A stretch of 64,000 bases of DNA, taken from assembly GCF_006345805.1 (NCBI RefSeq), contig NC_043016.1:13640001-13704000 (forward strand), in the 5' to 3' direction. Source of the DNA: Octopus sinensis. Its lineage: Eukaryota. The stretch's first letter is position 1, and each line of letters begins with the position of its first letter. Below the pieces are notes generated by a model. The model ran no database searches, was not told where the DNA came from, and saw only the letters and a list, made by a program, of their open reading frames with translations. A program made the translations under genes and the position numbers. Positions 25,901-40,500 of this stretch are shown piece after piece.

Positions 25901-27974
25901 TTCCATTGCTCTTAACCCTTTAGTGTTCAGATTATTCTATCAAACATAATGCTTATTAATTCACATTGATTTGAATTAATCATGCATTATCTCATATCTT
26001 CAAAGATCTTGATGGTGTAATTACATTGTAGGGTAGGTGTGAGAGCCTGGATCTGGTCAGTTTGAACATATAACAGATTAACTATTTTGGCCGGATATGG
26101 CCAGTTTAAATACTAAAGGGTTAAATTATTACCATATATACCAGTGAACCCTCCTCTCTTGCACACCTTTTTCTTTTAGCTCATTTGTACACTAACTTAT
26201 TACATCCATTTAATAATAACAATTTTATGAAATGCATTGCTCAGCTGTACTACAACTCGTTTGGAAATGTTAAAAGACGAAACTGCTAACTTTGGTGAAA
26301 TAAAGGAAAAGCTAGAATATCCAAAGAGTTAAGGTGCTATATTATATCTTTTTGGAGTCTGGATGATCCTAGGATTGGAAATCTGCCCTTCATTTGGTTC
26401 TTGAACATCCAGTATTGAGATCTGATTTAAAAAGCACTTGGGTTGCTATTTCTAGCAGGTAAAGCTTGGCCGATTCACACCACCTTACTTGGTATTTGTC
26501 AGATAACGTCAGAGATCAAGAGAGGAGCAAAATGACATTCGCTTCGTTGAGATAAGAACTTTGGGACAGATTGGCCAACATTAGGAATTCAACTTGGGAT
26601 TGGAACAATAAAAAGGAATGATTGCATTACAGAATTCATTCTCATCCGTCCTTAACTTCTGATTGAATACCATTGGGACATATAGTCATGCTATTTAGCT
26701 CTCTTTAGTTTTGGGCTGCAATCCCAATTAGCCCTTTGCAGGGGCTATTTTAAAAGTCCGCACAGAGTGTGGATTTTTTGCTGATATATATATATATATT
26801 TCACTTTTGTATTTGGTTTCCAAGATTCTTGATTTGAATCTATGTGTTGAAACATGCCAATCATAAATGCACATTGGTTCTGTTTCAGTTCTTTATTTGT
26901 CAATTAGTTAACTATTTGACCAATTAACTAATGAATAGTTTGGTCAGTCAATCAACTAGGTTTGTCAAAGTCTTTCCATTGCTGTGCACAACCTCATCAA
27001 TCACTTACCCTCTTTAACTCCCAAGTCTGCTTCAAGTCTGTCTGTCTGCTCCTAGCTACTCGTAGCCATCCATCCCTTCTGTGTATAAGTTAAGATATAT
27101 AGGTGTGCATGTATACATGTATGTGTGTATGTATGTGTGTAAAAATGCATTCCCCACTCTACCAGGGGGCACCTTGACATGACTTTTGGCGTTTATTGCC
27201 AATGGTGAGAATTTTTCTCAGCAGCAAACAGCAGTGAATTACAGGCCAAATATATTCCAAACATATTTGAACGGACCTAAATGTTTGTTCACTTACAACC
27301 CTGCTTTGTCGTGCCTACTACAACAACATTTTGTTCTAGCCCGGGCCCCGAGTCACACAATCCAGTTATGTTTTGATATTGATTTATTATAAGGAAGTAA
27401 AAGCTTCCAATCACTTCAGTGTTGTCTCTTTTGTGGTATACAGTGCTGATCATAACCAAGAAGCTAGAAATGTACTCTCCACCCTACTGGAGGGCACCCT
27501 AAAATGACTGTTAGCATTTTTCAACCCTATAGACTGAACCGAGAACTTTCCTCAATGATAAATGACTGTGAATGTGGCCATTACACAGGTCAAACATGTC
27601 CCAAATACACCTTAACTGATTTAAGTATTTGCTTACTCACAACACTGCTTTCATGTGCCTACTACAATGTACTTGTGTATGTGTATTACACACACAGACT
27701 TGTTACTTGTTTAGATATGCTTGGAGCACATTCAAACCTGTAAGAAGACCATTCACTCTATTTTGTTATGAGAAAATTTTCTCACTCTAGACAAATAGGA
27801 GTAAACACACCAAGTCTGTTCAAAGCACCCTCTAACCAAAGTGAAGGCTGCATGCATTTTGGAGTGGTTATCTCCTCTTCAGCATCAGATACCAAAAAGA
27901 GGAATAATACAAACTGACTAGTCATTGTACTGTGTGTGTGTATTTTTATTTATATATATATGTGTGTGTGTATG

Positions 27975-28033
<59 letters not shown>

Positions 28034-31000
28034 GTATATATAGTGACGCATATTTGCCATTTGAATATGGATAACCCCTAAGGGTGGATGCTACTGTAGT
28101 TTGTAGCCCCAGGAAGATATCTCCTCCAGCTGGCTATAGACACACTATCTGTGTCCTCTCAGTATTTGTGAAGGGAAGTCATCCTCCCGTCTTCAACTCA
28201 TGATACACACGGACTCGAGTTTCAAGGTGGTTTACCCATCATCAGCGTGTGACAATCATGGTTGTCGACGAGAAGTCAGCTCCCTTCACAATACATATAC
28301 TTTTTCCAGTGTCGATTGACACTGATATTAAAAAAGTGAAATCAAACAATGATAAATCTCAGAGCGAGTTATAAACAGTAGCGGTAACACATCGTGACGC
28401 ATATTTGCCATTTGAATATGGCTAACCCCTAAGGGTGGATGCTACTGTAGTTTGTAGCCCCAGGAAGATATCTCCTCCAGCTGGCTATATATATATATAT
28501 ATATATATATATCAATTATAGTTTTCTTTTTTGGTGACACATTGCAGACTGATGTGTATATGTGTGTATGTACACACACACATAATCTGTGCAGCTAGAT
28601 TACAAATTCTACAGTTGAGTAAGAGCTCCCTGTAGATTATCATCATTCAGTTTGCTTCCAGTTTAGTGGTTTACTGGTATTACCAGTTATGATAAACAGA
28701 GCAAAAGAGAAATTAGGATTAAACACAAGTTGCTATCATTAGTATACATAAGGAACTGATCTATTACATAAAATAGACCTGTGTGTATTTGCTTTTCATG
28801 CAAAAACAGCATTGCGAATTGCTTCCATACATGAGATGCATGAATAATTTGACCTTGGATGATACATGATAGGGTCTTCATTTTATATTCTTATTGAAAT
28901 AAATAATATTGCTTTATATAAGATTAACTTCTTTAAAATGGTTTTTTCAACATCAACTTCCGGTACTGACATGGCAACTACAGCTTGCTAGATGCACACA
29001 TGCATGTCTGATGTAGCAGCTGTGACTATCTGTCTGTCTGTCTAAATATCTAGCTATGTGTGTGTGTGTTTGCTTTTCATACGAAAACAGCTGCATGAAC
29101 CAGTACCATATTTGGGAGGTGTGTTCCATATCTAGTTTCTCATTGTACTTCCTCTCTTTCTATCTCTTACTCTATCATTCTCTCAACCATTCTGTCTACT
29201 GTTGTAATGATGTCTGATTCCAAAAAAATTATTACAGCTACTTCCATTGTTTACAATCTTCTGTACCAGTGTATTTGTGTATCAGTAAATATCCATTGGT
29301 AAATATTTCTTAAAGCACTTGTTCATATAGGTTTTTCCAAGTGCATTCAACATATCTGATCTCCAAACTCGGTGCAAGCCACTTTTTTTGGAAAAGAAAG
29401 GGAGGGAGGGGTCAAAAAATTGTTTCACAGTGAAATATCAGTGGATCCTTTATCGCAAATAGCTGTTATATGGTAGCGGGACGTGCTAGAAATAGCAGCC
29501 AAATCTTTCCTTTTCTGGTGGCAAAGGAGCCATTTTGAAAGTATGCAAAAAAAACCTGGAAAAGAAAAACAAAACTCCATTGGTAGGAAACTCGGAGGTC
29601 ACCACCAGCCCTCCCCCTTGTTCTTTTTTGGAAAAAAATGGCTTACAGTTTGGAGGTCAGATATGTTGAATGCACTTAAAAAATCCTCTACAAAATATTT
29701 ACCTAGAAGGAACGTGTCAAATTGCACTACACACAAAGAGTACTGTGTTAAGGCTATGAGTTTATAACCCCAGTGAAACTGAGTCCCTTTGCTTGTGATA
29801 TATAATTTCTCATATATCCTTGTTCAACATCTGTCTTCCATGCAGCCATGGGTTGGATGGTTTGACAGGAGCCAGCCAGGTAGAAGACTACTCCAGGCTC
29901 CTTCATCTGCTTTGGCAAGGTTTTTATAGCTGGATGCCCTTTCTAACACCTCCCATTCTGCAGAGTGGACTGAGTGCTTTTTACTTGGCACCAGCACAGG
30001 TGAGGTCAATTTTGACATGGTTTTTACAGCTGGATGTCCTTCCAAATGCCAACCACTTTACAGTTTCGACTGGATGTTTTTTTTTGTAATGTAAATGACA
30101 GTTTGAATTTTAAAAAAAAAGACATTTTTAATTAAATAAACTGCATGCTAATTTTTATCTGCTTTTGTTTCTGTATACCACATGGTGGACAACACTTCCC
30201 AAATAGGAATTGCTAACAATGAAGGGATGTCTGTTAGATAACATTTTCAGTATGTTTGATAGTTCCTTAATTTGGACATCTGCAAAATAGTCTGGATGTA
30301 ATAAACTGACTTGACCAAAAATTTTCATGGGTAAAGGATCCTCAAATTAAAATTAACATGAGTGGTGCAATAAATGCCACTTTTTGAACTTCGACTTATG
30401 TATTTCAACAGGGCAAGTATATGTCTTTTAGGGGGTCAGCAAATTATGCCCTACATCAGTGATTTTACTTGCTTTTATGAAAATGTCTGTAGCAGATTTC
30501 TTGATAATGTTTGTAAGAGTCATTCACCTATCTTTCTGAAATGATGGGAAGCGAAGGAACTGAAGTAGGCAAATATCCGTGTGAATCTGAATTTTTTTTA
30601 TGTGTTAGGAAGACTAAAAGAAATAGGTAAATTGGTAGATTGGTAGATTGAGAGAAAATGAGATAGAATGATAGTTAGGCCTTTCTATAGATTGGTGCCA
30701 CTCCCAACTTTATTTCCTGATAGCTTTCAGAAAAGTGGGGTTTTAACTTTCAGATGTGTTATCAAGGCTATAGCTTTACAATTATATTGATGAAATTAAG
30801 TGTTTGTGTGTGTGTGGGGGGGGATCTTTTGGAAATTGTCCTTCCCTATCCACAGTTTGTTATCATTAATTTCCATAACTTTAGCACTTTTTAAACTCTG
30901 TTCTTCAGATTTATATGTTTGAAACAGCATTATGTAATCTACACATTTCTGCAAAGTGTCGTTTTTTGAAAGGGAGTTATGAAGAAACAAAGATTTTATA

Positions 31001-31553
31001 CAATTCCTGATATTAATTTAATTGTAAAAATGTAATAGGATTTTTTAAAACATTGAATGGGTATGAGGGTCCAGGAAAGTAAAATAGGAATCAAAGGGGT
31101 TCCATAGGGGATAAAAGGGGTTGAGAACCTCTGATCTACACCTTTAAAAATGTAATATTTCATATTAAAAACAAACATGCATTTTTCTTAAGCTTTTTTT
31201 TAAATAAGAAATTTCATCTGTCTGTTTACCAATGTATTGGAATTATGATAAATGACCACCACCACAACTCTGTTTTCACATAACTTTCTAGTTATGAAGA
31301 AAAAAAAAGAAGTGTTTGTAATCTATTGTTATGACATTTTTTATTTAAAATAAGGTAAACAATAGAAAGAAAAAAAATATTTAAGTTTTCTGCTGAGAAA
31401 TTTTTTGAATGGCTATTTGCATTTTGTTTACTTTGTGTAATAAGTTATCTCTTTTAAAATAAATTTCCTGTTAAAGATGGTATTGAGAAATGCAAACAAT
31501 TTGGCAAGAGAAAATAAAACAGACAACTCTGATGTCATATTCATATATATATA

Positions 31554-31591
<38 letters not shown>

Positions 31592-34500
31592 TATATATAT
31601 TATATATATATATATGAGAATTTGTGAACTGAACTAGAAAATTGTTGGACTTAACAATCATTCAAAAAGTATTTGATTAGTCTCTTAATTTTTAACATCT
31701 GTTTCATCTGACCTGATGTATGTAATCTTAAATGTATTACTATTCTATGTTGATGGAAATGTTAGCAAATAATCTATGAAGTGTTTTTTATTGTTTTCCT
31801 GAATTGCTTATTTTCAGGTTGTGTTTGGTAATTGTGGTGTGATTCAAGGAATTTCATCTGGGAAAGGTTATGTTGAAATGTCTACTATTGATGAAGAAAC
31901 AATCAAAGATGTTAGAGAGGTATTGTTACAGTCTAACTTTTTATAATGTTGTGTAGATGTTGTTAGATATATGAAAGGACTTCTACGTTTCTTTTTCATG
32001 CTTGTGTTGTTTTTTTTTAATCAAGATATTTGGGAATAGCTAGGACAGTTATTTTTATAGTCATTCTCTTCCTACTTGTAATAATTCAACTGTGTAGGTG
32101 GCGATCTGGTAGAAACGTTAGAACGCTAGACGAAATGCTTAGCGATATTTCGTCTGTCTTTACTTCCTGAGTTCAAATTCTGCTGAGGTCAACTTTGCCT
32201 TTCATCCTATCGGGGACGATAAATTAAGTACCAGTTGTGTAATGGGGTCGATGTAATCGACTGACCCCCCCCTCCTGAAAATTTAAGGCCTTGTGCCAAG
32301 AGTAGAAAAGAATAATTCAACTGTGTTTCAGTTAAAGTCATTTGGATGAACTGAATGAAACAAGAAGAGAAATATTTCATCTTTGACAGCTTTAGTTGAA
32401 CAAATTAACCTCAATGTTTATTCTATTTAAAGTTTGGTATTTATGTTTTTGGACTCTTTTGCTAAACTGCGAAGTTATAAGGGATGCAAAATATTAAAAA
32501 AAAAAAAAAAAAAGGGCATTGGTCAGCCCAGGGCTGCAGCAGAAGATACTTTTCCATGGTGCGACACTATGGTTGCAAAATGAACTTTTTGACCATGCAA
32601 GAAAAGTACATAAATTGAAATTAGCTTTGTTTGATTTAAAAGAAAATTATGAATTCAGAGTAGATTTCCACATTAGCAATGGATTCATATCTCAGTAAAA
32701 TAATCCATTCATTTGAATCATCATCATCATTGTTTGACATCCGTTGGCATGAGTTGGACAGTTTGGCAAGAGCTGGCAAACTGGAGAGATGCACTGGGCT
32801 CCCAATTGTCTGCTCTGGCATGATTTCTACAGTGGGATGTCCTTCCTAATGCCAGCCACTTCACATTGTGTACTAGGTGCTTTCCATGTGATGTCAGCAG
32901 GGATGCTTTGTATGTGACACCAGTACCTGTGGGGTTGCCAGGTAGCTTGCAAGACACAGACATCTCAGCTGAGAATATGGATTTAATATTGAGTTGTATG
33001 ATTTATATGAAGTACCAAAGTGATGGAGTTTTCACTGAAACTTAATTGCATTAAGAAACTCAGTTTGTGTTAGAGGGATGCAGAACACTAGAATATTATT
33101 CACTTTTGCAATCTTATTTTGTACAAGAATTTCATATTTCCTCTGAATAAACAATGTATATTTTCCTAATTAAACCCAATCTTTAGAAAACGTCTTTTTA
33201 ATATCTGTTCTTAATTTTCTGTATTTGCTTCACAGGCTGTTGTTTTAAGAGGAGGGAGATTTCTCGAAGCTCCTGTGTGTGGTAGCAGAGTACCAGCATT
33301 GGAAGGACAACTTGTTATTCTTGCTTCTGGCGATAGGAAGCTTTATGAAGATTGTCATTCTAGTTTTGAAGCAATGGGGAAAAGATCGTTTTTTCTAGGT
33401 ATTACTTTTAATTTCACTTTTAACAATATTCTTCTGTACAGCTGTTCCAATCAAAAGCACTCTAGTTAACATGTTTTAAAGCAAATAACGAACTCTCTAT
33501 TCTAAGGAAGTAAAACTAATTCCTTCCTCATTTATTTACGTTTTAGAACATTTGCTATTAAAAATCCATGCATGTATTGCTGACTTTTGTAATATATGTT
33601 TTTGGGGGTTTATTTTTTATCAAAACTATCCTGTATAACCTGGGCATGTTGTTTCTTGTAAATTTTGTAATGAAAATGGTAAGGGAAATTGTGTGTGGTC
33701 TGTGTGGTTGTATTTATAGTAATCTCATCAACTAGAGAAGAGCTTGTTACGATATTGTTTGATTTGGAACCAAATCAGCAACTGTAAACCTTTCACTTCA
33801 AAGCTCAGATTTGAAGAAACTACAGAAAAGCTTTCTAATTGAAAATGAAAAATGAAGCAGTCCTCAGGATACTACTATGTTACAAGTCTCAAATCTGTGA
33901 TATCGGAAAGAAAAAGAGATGCAAACTAGTTAGCACATACCATTCAGAATGTGCAATAAAGCCATATTTATGTGGCAAAAAATAAATAGCTATAATGGTT
34001 AACGTGGGTTATTAGATTGCCTATACAAATGTAGTGTTTGGAAATTAAGTTCTTGGTTTTCCTAATATTTATTGAAGGGATCCTGATTTAGTAATAGGTT
34101 TTACTATTTTTCTTGAAAAACTTATAATTTTTTAAAGATTTATTATATTGAAATTATTCTATATTCCTGTAACACATTTACAGTTGCATTAGAATAAAGC
34201 AGAAAACAGTATTGTTTTATTTATCAAAGACCCTTTTTTACCTGGTCCTTTCTCAGTTTCTACTGATTCAAATTGAAAACCAAGAAATACAAAAAAATTA
34301 TGTTCAGGAAAATTTCTTAAAATTGAAATAAACCACAGTAATGTGAGGTTCCAAAAAAAAAAAAAAGACATCACATTTGGGAAATATCAGTGGCTCTCAT
34401 GGTATATTAAGAATATAGTGTGGGAAGTCACCAGTGGCCCCCATGGTGCAAGTTATGATAATCTTTTCCTATATCATGTATTTACATTCTGTAATGATTA

Positions 34501-37500
34501 TTATTAACATTGATGCACAGGTTGCTGAATTTTCCACCTACTCTTCCATCAAAACTTTTTTTTTTAAATGGTTAACCAGTTTTTGGATGACATTTTATTC
34601 AATAATTTAATCAATGGATTAAAGGCAAATCATTGGAAATGATAACCAGTGCTCCAGTTTTTCATCAGATGATTTGAACAAAATATTATCTGAAGAATGG
34701 TTGGATACTGACACTTTTGGAAGAACTGTTGATCCAAAATTCATGGTAGCAGTCTTAAACTGGTTGCTGAATTAAATTTCACCTCCAAAGTACACTGTTT
34801 AGCTTCTGAATTTTATTCACAAGTCTTTAGTTGACACAGAACTTTGGTACAAGACATGTTTAATGTGCCTTTCATTGTAATTGATTCTAACTCTATGGCA
34901 GTTGCAAAGTAAGCAGCTTAACCATGCTTCCATGTCAGTATTCAAAACATTTTTGGCTATGGACAGACAGATGTACCAAATGTATTTGTGTGAATATAAG
35001 AATTGTTTCCAAGGTTTCCAAGATTTAGCAGTTTGCTAAGGTGATCTAAATAATTACAGTGTATAGAGATAATCTTGGTAATTTCAGTTTGAAGTGTGAG
35101 TGGTAATTGCAAAAGTTGAAGTCATTGCTGCTGAAATAATAAAGGATAATTATGTATGTATGTTGTTCATCTACCAATGCACATCCTCTCGACCTTTTTA
35201 CCTAATCATTTTGCAGGTGAGACTGGTATGGCAACTCGCATGAAACTTGTCGTTAATATGATGTTGGGTTCAATGATGGCAAGTTTAGCTGAAACAATGG
35301 CTCTAGCTCAGAAAGCTGGTCTGGAGCAGGAAGACGTGGCAACAATATTATCCTTAGGTCCATTAGCTTCAACTACAGTTTGTTACAAAAGTCAAGGTAA
35401 TTACCTTTGTATTTTATAAGTTCTACTGATGTTTTATGACCACACTTGTAAATCCTATGACTCTTCATCTCCAGTAATTTTTATTTTGCCACCATTGACA
35501 AATATGCATCAAACAAAATCAAACTCCCTGACAAAGGTTTCCAAATTCGAGCTTTTCAATTTTATGGATTGATCGGAATAATATTAGATAGTTGTTAACA
35601 AATTAATTGAGGAAAGAATTTTAATACTTTCAATTTGTATTCTCAGAAGGATAGCCAGCTTGAAAGCTAAATTTTATTTTATTTATTTTTTTTTTATTTT
35701 TTTTTTTTTTGTAAATTGTATTTGGAATATATGAATATATTTTTTTAAAAATCTAATGTAAGTTTCTGTTGAATTCTGATTTCTATTTCAGCCATAATGA
35801 ATAACAAACATGATCCACATTTTCCTTTACAACACCAGCAGAAAGATCTACGATTGGCATTAGATTTGGGTGACAGAGTCGAACAGCCTCTTTATGTTGC
35901 TGCTGCAGCAAATGAGGTAACTTTTCTTTTTTTTAAATTACTAAATGAAACTCTATTGCTTAGCACATTTCATTCAAATTATAAACTACTCATTATTCAA
36001 ATTAATGTGGCATTCAGTTAGAGGCATCCCTTATTCATTCTTGAAAATGTTTCTGTAAAGCAAAAACCTATTTTCCCATTGGTTTCCTTGTTATAATAGA
36101 TATGGGCATAACTTAGTGTTTTAAGAAATTCACTTTGGAATGAATGGCATGGCCAGGGTGTAGAGCCTTCTAGTGGGGATGTGGGTTGACCACTATCTTT
36201 TAAGTTAAATTGAAAGATGGGAACTGAAAGAAGCCTGTTTGTGTGTGTGTTGATTTTGTATAGCCCCAAGACTTGATGTGTGTATGCAGTGATTGTAAGC
36301 AAAAAGCCTCACTGTTCATAGTGTCATTTGTTGAAATGACTGGGGATTATTATCTTGCTTGAAAACGTATGGGTTGGTGTCGGGGACGGGGCAGCCAAAT
36401 GCAGAGAACGTGCCTCAGTGAATTTAATCTGGCCCAAGCAAGGATTGAAAAGTGGATGTTAAATTGACTGAATAACTGGTGGCATGTTTCAATGGAACTC
36501 CTTTTTTCCAAAAAAAAGTAGAGATAGAATCATTATTATGCATGAAAATACCAAATTTTGAACTCTGGGAATGATATCCAAGTAAGGGTTTCAGTTTCAT
36601 ATCTCCAGCAGGATTCTCTCCTACAAATGAAAAGGCCAAGTTTCAACAACATTGTACACTTACTCTGGTGTATAACTTTCTTTGGCTATAATGTTCTTCA
36701 GCTCATCAGAATAATTAGTAGCAGCCTCTGCATCAGTGCTACCTGCTTCACTGATCACAATAATGTTATGCTAAATCCAATGCTTCTTAACTTTCAAACA
36801 AGACCTTTACTAGCAAGTAATGGTTTCACACCAGAAGTTGCATGTTAACTTTATGCAAATTATTATAAAAACTTTTAACCTAATTTTGACCATCATGTTT
36901 ATAACCACATTGCATTCAGTTTAGTCATCGATCCACATGTTCAGGAGCCATCCCGTTTTAAGTGCATCATCAGAGTTATGAAAATTATTGCCTGAGCATT
37001 GAATGGAATAACTGTTTGAGCCCATGACCTAATTTTATACTCACTGTTACATGTTATTCATTTTGTAGCCATTACAGTGTTTAACCCTTTAGTGTTCAGA
37101 TTATTCTATCAAACATAATGCTTATTGATTCCCATTGATTTGAATTAATCAAGCATTATCTCATATCTTCAAGATCTTGATGGTGTAATTACCTAATGTA
37201 GAATAACATTGTAGGGTAGGTGTTGGGGCCTGGATCTGGTCAGTCTGAACATAAAACAGATGAAATATTTTGGCCGGATATGGCCGGTTTAAATACTAAA
37301 GGGTTAAGGCTTCTATAATGTGGCAAAACATCTAGTTTAACATTCAATATAATTTGTTTTTTGCAACTCCTTTTTGCGCTACTTCCTTCATTTACACTTT
37401 GTGAACTGTTTCTAGTTATACTGAATATTGGTAGAGTACTATATCTTGGAGGAATGAAGTGGAAGAAAGAACTGTTTGGTTTCATTAAAATTAGCAAGTC

Positions 37501-40500
37501 TGAGGTCAGTTGAACTGGTGTGCACTTGTTGGGGAAGGAACAATGCTAGTAAGTGTGTTGGCCAGTTCTGGGTGCACTATGTATTGTGCTCTCCACCTGT
37601 TTATCAGGACTGCCTCTCTCTCATTAGCCCCACTCCTGCAGACTACTCTACCATATGATACCTCTTGTCACCAACCCCAATCATTGACAGCTATCGTCTT
37701 TACTGCTTCTTGTCCGTCTTCCACTATCTTCTACATTCCCCCTATTCTCTTCACGAGCTCCTTGCTCACCCACTTTTCAGCCCCACCCATTCTGACAGTC
37801 TACCTCCTCATTCTTCTTCTCATACAATCTTGCAACTGATTCTTCAACTCATTTGTGCCTAAAGGAGCCACCTAAGTACCTTATTGCTTTAATCTGTCAC
37901 TTGCAGCCCCTACTATTCATTTTCTCTTTCTCCCCTCCCCCTACAAGGTATGAGTAGCTATGCAGATCCTCTACAATATTCTATTCTGCCCCTTGCCCCT
38001 TTATAGTGCAATTCCCATGATCTCAGCGTGAAATTGTCCCCGCTTCCTCTGTCCTATCCCAGTTTGTAGTTTTGTAAGCTGTCTGGAAATCTAAGTGGTA
38101 CAGATGGCATGTAAAAAGCACCCAGTTCATGCTGTCAAGTGGTTGGTGTTAGGAAGAACTTACAGCTGCAGAAACCATTCCAAAGCCAACATTGGGAGTA
38201 TGGTGGAGTCATTGGACACATCAGATCCTGTTAAACTGGCCAACCTATCCCAGTATGAAACACTGATGTTAAAGGAGGAGGAGGAGTTGAATTAGTGCAA
38301 GTACTAATGTGCAAACTAATTTCATTTAAAAAAAAGTTTTACATTTTATCTGAGTTACAAGCTGTATTCTGAAATTAGGAACCTTAGTGATCTTTTACAA
38401 ATTGGTGAATGAGATTTTGTAACATAAGAAATGCCAATATTATCTCACAATTAGATTTTAATTTTATCACAGGTTTATATTTATAGACATTGTTCTGTAA
38501 CAATGCATGGAATAGATTTTGATATTGCATAGCATTTGTTAAAAATAAAATCACAGTGTTATAGAGCACTTACAATAACATTAGTATGATGTTTCATTGA
38601 TGTTAAATTGTGACTGTAGGGTTTGGCTGATCACATTGACTTTAAGGACTTATAATGTATAATATAAATTGGACATGGGCGATCATTGTTTTCTTTCTTG
38701 CCTTGAGGTTCCCAGCCAAATGGCTGGGTGGATTCGCGTGAAAAATGGCACACATGTGGAGACGGGTACATAGATTGGAATGTGGTTTGTATTTTTTCCT
38801 AGCCCTCATAGTTACCAAGAAAATCAATTAAAACTTTTTCGAATGGAATTCCCCTGTTTGTTCCGCCATTAAAACAACCAGTTGCTCACACAGCCAGCAT
38901 ATACCATTTTGCTAGCAACAAGGGGAGTACAGGATGACAGTCAACCAAAACTTTCGCCATGTTTTCTCTCTTCTTTCACCTCTTTCTGGGATTAATAATC
39001 TTAATCTTTAGTTACAGTTTCTTATTCAAACTACATAATAGGCAGAATTGTCGGATTAAGACAGTTGGGTGTTTTGAGGGAGATTTGGTTGCTATTTCTA
39101 CCAGATCTAGCTACCATGTAGATGTCTGAACTTAATTTTCATTCACATATTTGCATTTCAAAAATTTAACATAATCTTTTCCATAAATCAGCTATTGTAA
39201 AAATTTTATACAATGAGCATGCGCGCATGCACACATACACACACACACACACACGTCCATTTCATATATCTTTTAATTTCTGCTCTCTGCAAATAAAATT
39301 TTTATGGATACAACTGCTTACAAAAATAGGGATTAATGCATAATTTCTTTCTATGTTCATAATTAAATAAATGTTTTAATGATTAAACAGAGGTCTCACA
39401 AACAGACTACGTACAAATTCGTTCTTCACAACTCTTGATACTGTTTTCTGACAAGGGGTGGGAGTCAGGAAATTTGAATACAGCTGGAGGCTCCAATCGA
39501 AACAGGGGACCCGAAATTATAGGGTTGAGAAACATTGTTATAGATTATGCCTAACTGAAAACGATCAGACACATCATCCAAGCAGTCCTGGTGGAAAATT
39601 TACAACAGGGGTCTCCAAAGTTGTTGATATCGACCCCTTGGGGTCAATAAATGCATGCCTGCTTTATTATTATTTATTTTCTTGTACATGCCTGGGGGTC
39701 GATGGTCTAAAAAGTTTGGGAACCCCTGATTTACACAATTTGATATGCGTAAATTGAGAAACAAGTGTGTGTGTGTGCATGCATGCATGTATAAATGTAC
39801 AATGTAGATATGTTCGATCCTATTTTTACCATTATTCTATGATAACATATTTGTTTTGCAAGATTCTTGATGTGAAATTGTGTGTTGAAACTTGTTGTTG
39901 TATTTAGGAATGGTCATTTTGCCAGTTTAGCCAATAAAAACACGTGCACTATATATTTGGTGTTAATTTGCTTCAGCGTTATTTATTTTTTACATTAATC
40001 TTAATCTTATTTCGTCCAGAGTTCTTTTGTCACACTTCTGTGACCTCATCAGTGGTCCTTTGCTTTCTTCTTTCTTACAAACATGTATAAAGAGGAGATA
40101 CAAATATTACAGGCACTTCCCCCCACACACACACTAACTAAACATAGACACACATAGAGGTATACGCATGCGCAAATGAAGACATATACAATAGGAATAC
40201 AAAATACAAAATGGCTGACCGTTAGTAAGGAGAGACACAAATAAGAAAGAAGAAAGCAAAGGACCACTGATGAGGTCACAGGAGTGTGACGAAAGAACTC
40301 TGGCCGAAATAAGATTAAGATTAATGTAAAAAATAAATAACGCTGAAGCAAAGTAACACCAAATATATAGTGCGTGTGTTTTTATTGGCTAAACTGGCAA
40401 AATGACCATTCCGAAATACAACAACATCTATGATGATAATTTTCTTTGTAAACCACAAGGTAATCTAGCTTCTGACAATCCAGTCCATATCCATATTCAC

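Noticed and set aside
27150-27500. CTCF-like motifs CTACCAGGGGGCAC and CTACTGGAGGGCAC
   Set aside because: Imperfect matches that could be chance or repeat-derived; unsupported without ChIP or conservation data
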